A stretch of DNA of 64,000 nt, from contig OZ024747.1 in NCBI GenBank assembly GCA_964016885.1, forward strand, positions 54,002,001 to 54,066,000, given 5' to 3'. The notes beneath the pieces are model-generated. The model worked only from the letters and a program-made list of their open reading frames with translations. It was not told where the DNA came from and made no database searches. Shown here piece by piece: positions 37,897 through 52,882 of this stretch. The position numbers and the translations under genes are program-made. Each line of letters begins with the position of its first letter. Position 1 is the stretch's first letter. The stretch comes from Eledone cirrhosa (taxonomy: Eukaryota).

Positions 37897-38080
37897 ATCT
37901 ATATTACTAAAACAGAGAATGCCTGTTTGTCTGTCTGTCTGTCCAATCACTAAAACTCGAGAACCACCCAACCGAGTTTTTTCAAACTTTACACATGTAA
38001 TACTTATGGTCCCGTGAGTGTTTTGAGCAAAAACAATTTCAAATTTGTAATGCCCTAGGGACTGCATTAGGCGATTAAGT
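37897..38080 (+). mobile_element. Probable non-autonomous Helitron 5' end
   Basis: TCTATATTACTAAAA start, (GTCT)n microsatellite, then CACTAAAACTCGAGAACCACCCAACCGAGTTTTTTCAAACTTTACAC, the usual layout of invertebrate non-autonomous Helitrons. No 3' CTAG end was found. Confidence 0.55.
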
Positions 38081-38639
38081 GATCTTTCTCTATAATTCTT
38101 AGTCTTTCTCTTTTTAGATAGATACATAAATATAACGTCGCGCCCTTATAATATCTGTCTGTGTGCCTGACTGTCTGCATTACGTCATTATGATGCGATC
38201 AGTGTGTGTGTGTGTGTGTATGTATATATAGTGTGTGTATATATTTATTCCTACTAATTCATGTATTTGTACGTATTTGAAACGAAAGAATGGTATTTAA
38301 CTAATGTAATGGTACGCGATGGGGCCCACCCACAGCCCCGGCGGACAGAATGGCGAAGGGCTCACACCTACGGCTGGCCACCTCAGCGCCTATGGTGGTG
38401 AGTAAGGAGGTAGCCCTGGGGTTATATAGAAACTACATTATATGACAGCTCCAGTTTGATAACATGTCTCCCCTGTTTGGTGGATGTTGCAGTCTGGTTA
38501 CGACTTACAGAAATCTGGGGGTTTTGTTTGGATTGCCGAGATTAGAAAGTGAGTATGGTTGGCTTTGGCAGGAATCATGGGTGCTAGCTATGGACTAATT
38601 GGAGGAATAACGCTCCTATTTATGTATGTATATATATAT

Positions 38640-38900
38640 TTCCCACTCTACTACCCTAAGTATTGAGTACTCTGGTGCGTTATGGTCCATCTGGTTCCTG
38701 ACCACATTTCCTTTGTTATATATATATATATATTTTGAAAAAAGGAAGATAATGACTTCACTTGTAGTGTTAATACATTTTTTTATTTAATTTTATAATA
38801 TTATAATATTATATTATACTATTTTATAATATTATAATGTAAAATTAAATCAAACATTTTTTAACACTACAAGTGAAGTCATTCTTATCATTATTTTCAA
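38640..38900. mobile_element. Tail-only copy of the 4462 family (38640-38718) plus an adjacent fold-back element (38731-38903)
   Basis: CCCACTCTACTACCCTAAGTATTGAGTAC tail; AATGACTTCACTTGTAGTGTTAA at 38751-38773 is inverted at 38861-38883. Confidence 0.75.
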
Positions 38901-39488
38901 ATATACCTAATTGTACCAAGGATCTCACACATTTTCCAATATATATATATATATATATAACTAATATCCCATGCTAACTAAAACCTGATATTGTTCAAAT
39001 ATAGATATATCAGTAGCTAAACAATTGTTACTTAATTACTTGCCAATTAACAACATTTTACTAAACTCCAGCGGTGATATTTCATATTAAATTTAATAGC
39101 CACTAAATGAATGCACCAACGAATATATTAAAATCGCTATTAAATCATTTAAAGTGATTAGGATTCAGCATTTTTGTCATAATTTTGTGTCGTTTTTCAA
39201 CTGGATAATCATTTATCTCTTTAATGCAGTTCCTACATCCAACATTCTTTAATTTTTAGGTCACTTCCCAGCATGCATTTTACCTTAGACTATCCAATAG
39301 CAATTTAGTTCAAGATATCATCGCTATCAGCAATTCATATCTTCCTAATTTAGCCTTGATTAGTTTAATGAAGTTTCGAATTAACATACTTAAATACATA
39401 GAGACAGATAGTTATTAGAATATGCATACACCATATATATTAATATAAAGTGAGATATATTTATTTAAATGCATGAGCTCCTTCACCA

Positions 39489-39528
<40 letters not shown>

Positions 39529-39607
39529 AATATGTATATATGTATATATGTATAGATATACATATATATATGTGTATGTATGAATGTATATATGTATATA
39601 TATATAA

Positions 39608-39709
<102 letters not shown>

Positions 39710-40079
39710 CATGAGAAGAATGAATACTGCGTGGTTGCACATGGGTTACATATGATAAAAATAGTCCTTCATCAGTGATTTTCCAACCTTCATTGGTATT
39801 TCATCGCTTTAAAAATCATATACCTCCAGTTGGTGCGAGCAATTATATATGCACAATTCTGGATGCATATATGCACACAATTCTGGATGCATATATGCAC
39901 ACAATTCTGGATGAGTGGTGAAGAAATTCGTTTTAAAAATGTTAGTGATTCTGTGTTCAGTCATGCTGCATAATGGTTTGAGCAAGTGTACCCAGCTATA
40001 GCTTCGAGGTGTCTAAATCTTCGCTGGTAGCATTAGGTAGACGGAAACTGCAGAATACCGTCGGATATATATATATAAA

Positions 40080-40430
40080 GGAGAAGATTCAGGACCCCGG
40101 CGATTGAGCTCCGGCCGTTTCGACAGATAGATCCGAACATATTAGATTTAGTTGTCGAAACGACCGGAGCTCAGCCGTCAGGGCCCTGACTCTTTGCCTA
40201 TTACCCACACTACTACCCTAACTATGGAGTACTGTGGTGCGTTATGGTCCACCTGTTGTCTTACCACGCCCTCTTTGATATATATATGTGTGTGTGTGTG
40301 TGTGTGTCTGTGCGTATATATATATATGTAGGAACGAGTAGGACCCCGACGGTTGAGCTCAAGCCGTTTCGACGGCTAATTCTGGACTCGTTCCTATTAC
40401 CCACTCTACTACCCTAAGTATTGAGTACTA
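40080..40430 (+). mobile_element. Two copies of the 4462 hairpin family: one diverged, one with most of the right arm deleted
   Basis: 40080-40278 keeps both arms and the tail. 40329-40430 joins the left arm directly to GTTCCTATTACCCAC. Confidence 0.8.
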
Positions 40431-40523
40431 CCAAAGTAAAGCCGAAGCGTGCTCAACAAGGATAATATATATATAAAAATATATGAAAACCATAGAGCAA
40501 ATAATTATATATAATTATATACA

Positions 40524-40595
<72 letters not shown>

Positions 40596-40669
40596 TTTGC
40601 TCTATGGTTTTCATATATTTTTATATATATATTATCCTTGTCGAGCCCGCTTCGGATTTTAGTCTTCAC

Positions 40670-40833
40670 AGGTCGGACGCCATGATTTGAAACATAGAGT
40701 TACGTCCCTTACTGTCTGAGTTCAAAACCTGCCGAGGCTAACTTTGACATTCATCCTTAAGGGGTCGATAAAATAAAGTACCAGTAATACATTAGGATAA
40801 TTGCTGGCCTTGTGCCAAATTTAGAAACAATTA
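40670..40833 (+). mobile_element. 5'-truncated young Nin/Deu-like SINE
   Basis: Matches the element at 1361 from GTCGGACGCCATG onward. Confidence 0.88.
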
Positions 40834-41133
40834 TTACTATATATATATATATGTTATATACATGCGTGTATATATTCATGTATATGATCATATATATGTG
40901 CGCATGCATATGTGTGAGCACTCTACATTTGTGTTACCATGCACGTACAAAAGGAATTTCAAAATGAGAATGATGAAGAGGTGTTCTTAGTAAATCAACA
41001 GATTTCTAATTAGGCAAATCATTTCTATTATCTAGTCTTCCCGCACACACACACAAACACTCACACACAGACAAATCACACACATACATACGTACATATA
41101 TTCACACACACACACACACACACACAGCCACAC

Positions 41134-41165
<32 letters not shown>

Positions 41166-41284
41166 GACAACTAGGGACACAGGCATGCATATAGTTTCAT
41201 ATATAAACACGTACATGAAATTCTTAATTACAAAGCAGTGATGAAAATACGCTGTTTCGGAGAAATATATTATTTATGTGTGTG

Positions 41285-41337
<53 letters not shown>

Positions 41338-41714
41338 CTGTGTGTGTGCATATATGTATATATATATATAAACAATCAATCCTTCGTATTATCCACCCTC
41401 TCTACAAACCATCCACTGTACGTCGATAATTTGCACCTCCGAGACAAATTTCTTTGGAAATACAGAAACTTTTGTTAATTATAATGATATAGGTATTGTT
41501 CAACCCTATTAGGCACACATCTATATATACACATATACACGGTTATATATATACACACAGATACGCTTATACAGAAGGTCCCTTATAATATATATATATA
41601 TATATATATATAGGTATTAAATATATTCACTCCCCCATAAATGCAAGTATGTGAATTTATTTGTACGAAGGCATGTGTGCATCTATACACATACACATAC
41701 AAACATATATTATG

Positions 41715-41771
<57 letters not shown>

Positions 41772-42097
41772 TTATATATAAACGAGCGTAAATAATCAGT
41801 TTTGAATCGAAATGTTGAAGAAAAAAGAAAAGCAAACAAACAAAATAAAGTTATAAAAAATATAAAGCAGTAGCGTAGCTTCAACAACAACAACAACATC
41901 AATTATAACAAAAAAACACCAACAACAACGACAGCAACAGCAACAAAATGCTCAGCATAATTATTTACAACAACAAAAGTCTCACATCCTCTATAATTTA
42001 GTTCTTTTAAATTACTCTGAATTAATGAACGAATTTGCAAGAAATCAATTTTTTGAAAAGACTGCTTCAAGCAAAATGTATTTGATGTTATATGCAT

Positions 42098-42140
<43 letters not shown>

Positions 42141-42342
42141 ATTTACAAATGTATTTATTTTTATATATATATATATAGGGGGCGGGCGTGTTTGTGAGTG
42201 TATATGTGTGTTTTAAAATATACATATATGTATGCCTAGCATTACGAAGCTTATATTTTCCTGGATAGAGCCGTACATAAATTTATAATTTTACGTTCAA
42301 AATGTAGATGTATATAATATACCTATTAATACAATAATATAT

Positions 42343-42397
<55 letters not shown>

Positions 42398-42637
42398 AGA
42401 TTATATAGTTGTTATTGTTTTATATATAGCTCAATAATGCGAGTATTAGTATACATTTCGTACACAATTAGTAACAATTATTTTATAACACAGAAAAGCA
42501 TTAATTTGCGCATATACCCGATGAAACGAGTAATCCCATCATTAGTGGTCTCTCTTACTTTCTTTGTCTCTCCCCACCCCTTCTCTCTCTCGATATATAT
42601 ACTTATATATGAGTCTCTCTCTCTTTCTCTCTCTCTA

Positions 42638-42669
<32 letters not shown>

Positions 42670-42719
42670 CATATATATATAATCACAAGTCTATATATAT
42701 ATATATATATATATAATCA

Positions 42720-43088
42720 CAAGTAAAGCTTTAAAGAATTAGCTTTTAAAGAATACCCTTTCTTTAAACCCATCAACCATGACCTCCACCCATCTTGTAG
42801 ACACATGAAACATCGGCATTGTTAGCTTAAGAGAAACTTAAAAATAAGGAGTGGTACTGCAATCTGAACTTCTTTATAGAATTCTTTCTGCCTTTGTCAC
42901 TTTAAATATAAATTATAGCTTTAAAGTATTCCCTTTTCTTTAAACCAATGACCTCCACACATCCCACTCAGTCCTACCACCAGAAAAGATATAAATACCA
43001 CCATATTTACTTGGACAGTCAGCTTTCTGATGATTTCTCATTAATGAAACAGTTCTAGTCCCATAGAAACTCTTCTATATTAAAACTA
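42720..43088 (+). mobile_element. PLE-like remnant with ~50-bp direct repeat and hammerhead-like core
   Basis: AGCTTTAAAG..CTTTAAACC..ATGACCTCCAC occurs twice. CTGATGATTTCTCATTAATGAAACAGTTCTAGTCC..CTCTTCTATATTAAAACT matches 62202-62262. Confidence 0.55.
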
Positions 43089-43632
43089 TATATATATATG
43101 AGTCTATATATATATATATATATGAGTCTATATATATGAGTCTCTCTCTCTCTCTACATATATATATATATACACATATTTATTTATTTATATATACAAA
43201 ACAATTCCAAGAGAAATTTTGTGTTGGAACCTAGAACAAATATAGGTATTGCAACAATATTTATATACCCCAACTATTATAGTCACAGTTTTATTTCTTT
43301 TTAATAGACAATCGCATTTAGTTTAGAATTCATTATACACTCGCTGTAGACATATACACGCTTGTTTATTCCTTTTTAATAGCGAATTAGAAAGAGAATG
43401 TATTCAAATATTAACCATGGTAATGTCGTGAATATCAGTGATGTATGAGGGGTTAAGTTGAATAGATGTAGGTCATGATTGTCCAAATTGGTAGACTCAC
43501 TTAAAAAGTAATTAACCTGTATTATGTCTGCATGTATATATGTTGTACGTGTATGCATGCTTGGGTTAGTATATTCACATACATGTGTATATTGATATAT
43601 GTATATATGTATTAATATATATATAGACTTCT

Positions 43633-43681
<49 letters not shown>

Positions 43682-43703
43682 TTCTAATATATATATACAC
43701 TTA

Positions 43704-43800
<97 letters not shown>

Positions 43801-43928
43801 CACATATAGAAGTGTATATATATATATTTTAATACATATATACATATATCAATATACACATGTATGTGAATATACTAACCCAAGCACGCATACACGTACA
43901 ACATATATACATGCATATATATATATAT

Positions 43929-44130
43929 GTGAAGGCGTGTGGCGGAGTGGTTAGAGAATTGGATTCGCAATCGTGAGGTTGTGAGTTCGATTCCTGGACT
44001 AGGCGATGCGTTATGTCCTTGGGAAAGACACTTTATTTCACGTTACTCCATCTATCTGGAGTTGTGACCGTTAGATAGTACTAGCAATTGGAAAGACCAA
44101 CGGAAACATTGTTTCCTCGGTCCGATTTGA
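43929..44130 (+). mobile_element. tRNA-SINE with CORE-like domain
   Basis: TGGCGGAGTGG A box, GAGTTCGATTCC B box, TGTCCTTGGGAAAGACACTTTATTTCACGTT. Confidence 0.85.
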
Positions 44131-44277
44131 CGAAAGTCGATCGTAAAATATATACATATATATATATACACACACACACAATGGAAAGAAAAGTGCAATC
44201 AGCACATGATGCAGCAGTAGAGAATATATATATGTTAACAGATCGACTTACTTTTGCTGTATCGAACATATATATGT

Positions 44278-44329
<52 letters not shown>

Positions 44330-44380
44330 ATATTTATATGTACATACATATACGTACGTGTGTGTGTGAGAGAGGAGACA

Positions 44381-44415
<35 letters not shown>

Positions 44416-45623
44416 ATTGATTGATAGATAGGTTGATAAGTAGGTAAATAATATTAACCTGAATAAATATAAGAAGATATGAGATAAAAAATGGTGAAAC
44501 CGCTTTCCAGGCAATGAACCATCATATTTCATCGACTATTGGCAGTTCTTTCATAGACTAATGAGGTCGATGCCGTTGGTGTTCGGCTTTAATATCTGTA
44601 AAACAATACTGTAAAAATATGTAATAAATAAAGTCATTTATTAAAGTAGTGTGCAGAAATATGTCAATTTTTCCAATAACAATGACCCATATCTAGACAT
44701 GGAATGTGAAATACAAAATATGAAGAAATTTACATAACTGCTACGAAAAGTATACTGAAATTCTAAAAGCTTGTATCTCCGAGTAGAAATACTTGGATAA
44801 AATATTTAGTTCAATGTTCATAAAGTTATATATAGTAGCGACCAACTTTGAGGTGAAGATGAATAAGTGTATGAAACAAACTTTACCGGTTGTTGTATGC
44901 AGTTTAGTGTGTTGAAAGGAAGTATATTTAAGTTTGTAGTTATGGTATCTACAAATATAGTAACTATAGGCGATGCATTAATGTTTGTTGGTGATTAAAT
45001 ATTTGACTATCATGTGACTAATGTTGTTTTGGATGAGATCTAGAATAAATATGTATGCAGTAATAGCAATAACAACAACATCAGCAACACTGTTTCAGAT
45101 ATGTGAACAGTACATCTTATAGCGATTCATTTCATTAATATTTTGTTCAGTATGATCATATAACAATGTTTTCAAGTTCTACGATTTATCAGCACATATA
45201 CCTCTTAAATGATGGCAAAAAATATAAAAAGAATTCGGCAAAACACAGAAAACATCACTGAATATAATTCCAGGCGCCATTATGAATCAACAAAACATAA
45301 AAACAAAACTATATAATTATTAACATTGTTTTAATATGATGTTGAACATATCTTCTTGCGGACAAATTTCAGCTTGTGTCAAAATCAACCAGAATAGAAT
45401 CATACATTCTCATTTCATTTTTTCATTATAATTCATTTACTTTTTTTCCATATCTAATTCACATTCATTTTCCAAATAATTTTCTTTATAACATCCACTT
45501 TTATGTGTCTTCTCGTCGTCAAGATTTCGTGTCCTTTCTCTCTTATACAAATACAATATAACACTCTCCTCTTCAACATTGTATTTACACTCCTTGAAGG
45601 ATGTTTATTCGGTTTATTCACAG

Positions 45624-45719
<96 letters not shown>

Positions 45720-46449
45720 GTGTGTGTGTGTCTATTTATGTGTGTATGTATGCGTATGTATGCATGTGAACATATAAGGAGATTTTGAAATAAAACAAGG
45801 AATAGTGTACATAAAACCTTCATCTAAATCCCTTATGGGATGTGGGAAGACACAAGCATATCTATTTATGTTTTGCATGTGAGCGTTTATTGATGTATGC
45901 TTGTTTGTCTATATGTAAAGGAGGAACGGATTTTGCGTAAGGATACGAGCAAAAATGGAGAATGAAAAATGCAATATATAAGATTACAAGCTATTTTTAA
46001 TAAGATATGTCTGAAATAAAATATGAACTTTACACATGCACAGAATAGCAAAAACTGATAAGCAAATAAATAAATATATATAAATAAATAAATAGGTAAA
46101 TAAATAAAGAATGTACGTGATAGAATAAAAAACAAAGATATAGAGAATATAGAATATGAAGTAAGGAAGACATTTCAGTGGAATGTTTGCTGATATTCTT
46201 GATCTATTTGTATAAAGTAAAAATATTATTAATAGCATTGTTTTTCAGGCTTTAATCAATTAGAATTAGATTGTTATGGCAGCCATTTTGAACATTGGTT
46301 CCTCCATTTTCTCGTTATAATTCTCACTATCCCTTTTCAAATACACGAGAACATAATGTGTGTGTATGTCTTAGTGTGCATGCATTATTACTATTCATAT
46401 TGTTTTGGATTGTAGATTGTCAGAGTCTTTAAAGCGTTGGACAAATGCT

Positions 46450-47400
46450 TAAAGGTATTTGTTACAGATTTGCACAACTGTCTGGGGAGAGACGGTAGAC
46501 TAGAGACGGTTGTGGACTTCAGTTCTCAACACGACGGGCTACAGCGACTCTCAGCAACCGATATGGAGTGCAGCGAAAAGCCGATAACAGCAGCCGAGTT
46601 TCGGCATCGTGGGTGACTGTACAAAGCGCAAATTACCTGTTTTATATGGTCTGCTCTATGCGCTGTATGTAGATATGCCAAACGTGTTCACCGATTTCTT
46701 GGAAACCGTCCACTGCAACTGACAGCGAAGTGGAACAAGAGGAACGTCATCAGTAATATCCAGTTCATACTTTTGCTAAATTCTTTTTGTCAAGGTATTA
46801 GCAACGAGGTTAGTGCTTGTCGTCGACAGCCTAGTAGGGGAGGTGCACTTGTACGCAATCCCGAACAGGTCCGTACACGGCAACAGCCACCTCATGCGAT
46901 ATATCATAGAGTGGATTGGGAGTAAACTAGGCTTTGTTGTAGCTCTGATCACTTTAGATAAATCAAACTCTTTCAAATGGGTCGACACAGTAAAGTCGGT
47001 GGCTTTCCTGCTCGGCACGTGTAGGGGTATGAAGTCTCTCGTGGTTTGCTTTGAGCCAAACATGGGACGAGAATGGCCACTCTCACGCAGAAATAGGTCG
47101 AGAGGAAGCTATTCCTGAAAAGTCGGGCGGAGATGGTGAATGCGCACATTGCATCCGTCATCTATTACCACCTGACCGTCATGCCTGCCACCGTCCACGC
47201 CTCGCTAAATTGGAGGACCTGCAATTCAACCTCTTGTGAAAGAGATAAGTTCCATTGGTGAAACGGTTCATCTGCTACCAGCAACCTCTGAGTGGATGTT
47301 TGCGTATGCTGTGAATAAGGATATGCAGGCATGTGCTGAGGCTACGGTACGTCGAGATTTGCTAAACGGTGGACAACTGTTGTCACTGTTTGTTAGGAAA
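46450..47400 (+). mobile_element. Decayed, internally deleted L1/Tx1-clade LINE ORF2 fragment
   Basis: KVLATRLVLVVDSLVG..AIPNRSVHGNSHLMRYIIE..ALITLDKSNSFKWVD resembles the RT LDQxKAFDRVD region. After a deletion come GRAEMVNAHIASVIYYHLTVMP..RLAKLEDLQFNLL, with multiple stops and frameshifts. Confidence 0.8.
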
Positions 47401-47404
47401 TACC

Positions 47405-47545
47405 ACAAATACCAGTAATGCATTAGGGTCAATTTAATCTACTTTCTCCTCCCCCAAATTGGTGGCCTTGTGCTTAAATCAGAAACCCTTGACGGGGTCG
47501 ATAAAATAAAGTACCAGTAATTCACTGGGTATTTGCTGGCCTTGT
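47405..47545 (+). mobile_element. Two tandem Nin/Deu-like SINE 3' halves (old type, then young type)
   Basis: TACCAGTAAT..GGCCTTGTGCT occurs twice. Confidence 0.8.
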
Positions 47546-48210
47546 GCTAAAAGTAGAAATAATTATTATTTTGTTTTTTATTTTTTTATTTTCTGCTTTT
47601 CTTGTTAAATCTACCATTCTTCTTGAGGAAGACATATTACCAAAAGGTTGATCCACATCTTGGAATTATTTCTTGGAAATGTCAGCTTAATTAAATCAGA
47701 ACTAAAATATCAAATATTTTATAATTAAAGACACTCACCACACCCCTTAATAAATAAGCTCTTGAAAAAAAAAGTAATGTAAATTCACAGTTATTTTTCA
47801 AAAGCAACTTTAAAAGATATATGTGAGCCTAATTAGAAACAAAGTCAGCTGGAAATGTTACCAGCCTTATCAAAAGTATGCAACATTCTTCTTCTTCTTC
47901 TTCTTCTTCTTCTTCTTCTTCTTCTTCTTCTTCTTCTTCTTCTTCTTCTTCTCCTTCTTCTTCTTCTTCCAGTAAGTGTAGAAATATATCCACAGAAAGA
48001 CTACATTATAGGATGAAGTGTTGTCTCAAAGAATTTTATATTACATAGTAGTATATATTTCTTTTCTATTGGATCTCTGTTGAACGTCGATAACTGCATG
48101 TGTATGATATTGTTTATATATTATATATATATATAGGATAGACATTCGACCTGGTATGGTTGTGCCCAGGCTTTATACTCTCATGGGTTAGGCTTAAAGA
48201 TTATACTTGG

Positions 48211-48297
<87 letters not shown>

Positions 48298-48519
48298 CCG
48301 GTAAGTTGGTTTTGAAGCATCAAACGATTTTAAAATTAGAGATAGAAGGTTTCGCCGTATATTTTACTAAAGAAATTTAAACCTGATAGTGGGGCTTAGA
48401 ACCCTCTAAGAAATGGAAAAAAGATGAGCATTGACGTATATATAATTAAGATGAATAAAAGTCAAGGGTAACCACTTAAATCCATTCTTCAATTTCTACG
48501 TCCGTTCGAATACAGGTGT

Positions 48520-49020
48520 CCATATATGTTTTATCGACACCGGAAGGACTATAAGGGAAAATTAACCATCCCAAGATTTGAACACACAATCTAAAGAGCG
48601 ATCAGTAAAAGAATTTTGAATAACACTCTAATAATTCTACCAAACTTGCACTTTTGTGATTTATAATTTAGGCCTAAAGCCAGAAGTTTTGCGGGAGGGG
48701 ACAGTCGCTTAAATCAACCCCTGCAATTTAGTCTTAATTTATTTTATTGACCTCCGAATGCTGAAAAGCAGCATTGATCTTGACGGAATTCGAACATAGA
48801 ACGTAAAGACATGGAACAAACGCCGTAAAGCACTTTGACGGCGCTCTAAAAGTCTGCCAATTCACCATCCTTGTGGTTTCCAATTTAGGCACAAAGCCAC
48901 CAATTTTATTGAATAAATAAGTCAATAATAGGTGCTAGATTTATAATCAGCGGGATGTGAACTCAGGGTGCAAAATGTCGGAAGAAAAGTCGCAAGCTAT
49001 TTTGTCCAATGCTCTATCGA
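48520..49020 (-). mobile_element. Cluster of decayed old-type Nin/Deu-like SINEs
   Basis: TTTTATCGACACCGGAAGGA, AATTTAGGCCTAAAGCCAG, GGAATTCGAACATAGAACGTAAAG and AATTTAGGCACAAAGCCA remnants. Confidence 0.65.
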
Positions 49021-49478
49021 TTCTAAACAATTAAGTTAATCAACCAACAATCAGAAATATAGTAAAAGATTTAATAAATAACTTTGCCGAATGTTGCAAG
49101 TCACGTCTAATTATTTTCGATAATTTTACTTTATTGTCGGTGGTGTTGCTGTTGAAGATGTTATAGTTGTGTTAATTGTTGTGGTTATTATTATTATTAC
49201 TGTTAATGTTAATATCCTTTAGATGTTTGTTAAGAGACCTAATATTAAAGGAAAGTGTTTAAATTCAACGACAGGCAACAGAAAGAACGAAATTAATATT
49301 ACCCAATCAAGAGGCAATCTACGAGACTTATTAACGAAAGATTTAAAATGGCGTTGATATATACGTTGGCTATGATGAGGGACGACAATATCACAATAAT
49401 ATATCTTCAATGAAAATAAAATAAATAATGGGTGAGATATTAATTATAAGTACCTTGTAAGTAGACATCAGTGAATAA

Positions 49479-49526
<48 letters not shown>

Positions 49527-49588
49527 TGTGTGTGTCTGTGTGTGTGTCTGTGTGTGTCTGTGTGTGTGTGTGTGTGCGTGTGTGTGTG

Positions 49589-49629
<41 letters not shown>

Positions 49630-50648
49630 GTGTGTGTTTGTTTGTGCGTGCGTGAGTGTTTGGGTGTGTGCTTGCGTGCTTACGCCTGTGTGTGTTTGTA
49701 TTTTATGTGTTTTATTTCTTTATGTGTTTATGGTTGCTCTATGATTTATATAAATGTATATATATATATATATATACACATACGTACATGCACTCATACT
49801 ACACATATATATATATGGTAGAGATAATTTATATACATTACATTTACACGCATGTATCTATATCTGTATATATATATATATATATGAATCAACGGTCTAA
49901 TATAATATAGCTTGCTACATCAATATCTAACTAGCTGTAATCAACAGAGGCCTACTGCTGAAAGAAGAACCGTTCTCCTTCAACAACCCCAGCCCACCAC
50001 ATCATCGTTTCATAACCTCCACCTCCTCAAATGTTGTGAGGTGAAATGGCAGTCTTTCTTCCACCCTTCCTCCTCCTAGCTTACTGTTTATCGATATATC
50101 TATCTATCTCTATTTTGTTAACTTCTTTCACCAAAGAGCTACTTTGATCAACTCACATACAACCAATATGGATCCGCTGATTGACATTCATGTTGATAAG
50201 CTGATAGAAGTTTTGTCACAATTTCGCTAGAACTATGGGAACTACATTGACAAACAACATAGTCTTTGAGTTTTAATTCCACCTATTCTTACCCCTAATC
50301 AAGGTTTCGTTTTGTTCTCTGGTTTTATTAACCGACCGCTGGTCATCAAAAGAAATTTATGGCCCATTTTTATATTGCTAATTACTCTTTCTTTTATGCA
50401 TTCTCTCATTCTTCTCCTCTCTCATGCTACAAACCCCACCACATCATCATACACCCCACTAACGTCACTACCATTTCCATCTTTTATTTCTGTTACTACT
50501 TATATGATAAATGTTTAGGCAGTGATCCCCTCGGTACTTCTGTTTCCTTCAACCTATCGGCCCATTGGTGCATTGGTATCTGATCACAATTCTCATTTGC
50601 GTCACCACAAGCACACACACACACACACACATACACACACACATACAC

Positions 50649-50679
<31 letters not shown>

Positions 50680-50690
50680 TACACACACAC

Positions 50691-50725
<35 letters not shown>

Positions 50726-52097
50726 GCGTTGTATGCTCGTATGCACGCACGCACACACTCACGCAAACAGAGACTCATACACACACCTGCACACCACCTC
50801 GGCCTAGCATCGCTACCAAATTACCATCCCCACGTTCATTACGCCCACCATCACAATAACCACCACCTTCATCTTCCACATCATCATCACCACTGCCACC
50901 ATCACCATGATGATAATCACCTAATTCACCAGCATCGTTGTCATAACTACCATCACTAATATGATGATAATGATGATGATGATCATCATCAACATCATAC
51001 CAGTCTTCACCACAAACACCACCAACACATTCAGCATCACCACCTGCATTCACCACCACCTGCATTACCACTAACCCACCACTACGCCACATCCACTACC
51101 ACCATTACCACCACCACATTAACCAACACCACAATCACCAACATTACAACTACCACAGTTACCACCATCATCACGACCATTACCATAGCCACTATTACCA
51201 ACATCAACATGGCTATCATCATCATCACGACTCTCTACATAGCCAGTGCCTAATTATCAAAACTATCATCTTCAAGTATCGGTTTTTTATGCTTTCTGTT
51301 GTTTGTTCTGCGATCTAAGTTCGAATTCCACCGAAGTAAACGTTCCCATTATTATTTTCGGGGTTGATACATAAAATATCAATAGAGATAGAAGGCAGTG
51401 CATTGGTTGTGTGTTTGTGTATTGAAAGAGACCCAAGAAAAAATGTTATGTTCGGTGATACCTTCAACAAATCACCAAATATATCAGCTGCTCAATCTCA
51501 ATGTCAGTCGACCTGCTGGTAGGTGGGAATAGAATGTGATGTTCAGGTCCTGTGCAATCTAATTTCGTATCTTTCTTAATGTATAGGCTGAAATTTCGAA
51601 TCTGGTTAAAGTTTAGAACTATATATTGTACTTAGGAAAATTAGTTTTATTTTCATTATCTGTAATAATTTTCACTTCAACGTATAGAACGAAGGTTTAA
51701 ATCTATTCAAAATTCGACATTATATATTACAGGGGTCGAATTGGTAGGAGGCCAGATTGAATGCACCGCATTATTTAGTCAGTCTCTCTGCTCTGTGAGA
51801 TGAAATCTGCTGAACCAACTTTTTACCTTTTACTTATTCACGTTCGCTAAAATCCAAGTACCAGTCCAATACTATGGTCGATTCCTCCCATGAATCTTTT
51901 TCTTATTTTCCTTCTGTTACATTCTTGAGGACATCGTCTAAGGTCAGACTTGGAATGGGATGAGGTATGCCAGGTTTAAAATTCCCTAATATGTAATTAT
52001 GAGAACCCTAAGGTTAAAATCAGTAGTTATAGTGTGGAGAGGGGGTCATGCATGTCATGAGAATTATATATTTTCTTTTACTTACTCATATATAGAT

Positions 52098-52285
52098 CGG
52101 ATTGGCAGTGGTTGTAGAGAGTCAGATTCCATGCCTTGTAGCATAGAGTTACGGTCCTTTACGGTCTGAGTTCAAATCCCGCTGAGGTTAACTTTGCCAT
52201 TCATCCTTACGGTATCGATAACATAAAGTACCAGTAATGCACTGGGATAATAGTTGGCCTTATGCCAGAAATTAGAAACAATTAT
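52098..52285 (+). mobile_element. Nin/Deu-like SINE (young subfamily)
   Basis: Matches the element at 1361. Confidence 0.9.
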
Positions 52286-52811
52286 TTCTCAATTATACAA
52301 AACATGTTAAAACTCAACAAAACAGCAAGTAATATTTAGAAAAAATAGCCCAGCGGTAAATGTAAACGATTCTAAAAATACAAAATCGGGTGTCTATTTT
52401 CACAATATTGATTTACATACTTAAGAAAAAACTGATCTTTGGTAGCTGGCAAGAAAATCTATGACAAATGTTCAAATAGAATCGACTGGGTATTACAGAT
52501 GAAGTACTACAATACATGTCCATAGCTGTCATATTATCTAATAACAAAGCTCAGACGTTTCCCTTAACATGCAATCTAACTTTATGAAATTGATACATAA
52601 TTTCCTCAAAATGCTTTCCATTTTATTTGAATGTCGCTAATAATTGCCACTGGGTTTTTCCTTTCCTTTCTCCTACGAAGATGGAACTTTCCAGTATATC
52701 AGAATCTTCTATTTTTTTGTGCATCCGGTTATTTATATAAATGTTTTATTTCAGTTGATTTTCTTAACACGTTTTATTTAAACACAGTGACAACAATCAC
52801 ACATGTAACAG

Positions 52812-52882
52812 ACTGGGCCGGACTTAATGGGGTGCAAAAAATGCAATTGCCCCGGGTCCCATGCAGTGGGTGGGGGCCACCA
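52812..52882 (+). mobile_element. Possible hAT-like transposon end
   Basis: GC-rich CTGGGCCGGACTTA..GGGGTGCA..AATTGCCCCGGGTCCC resembles hAT-Tip100-type termini. No partner end was found. Confidence 0.35.

Noticed and set aside
38310-38410. HDV-like ribozyme in a GC-rich island (AATGGCGAAGGGCTC resembles J4/2-P2)
   Set aside because: A P2-like pairing exists, but I could not build P1, P3 or P1.1. More likely a decayed transposon UTR.
45318-45405. Minus-strand peptide ICPQEDMFNIILKQC resembling a chitin-binding type 2 motif
   Set aside because: It is only about 27 codons, stops right after the Cys and has no supporting splice sites or other cysteines.
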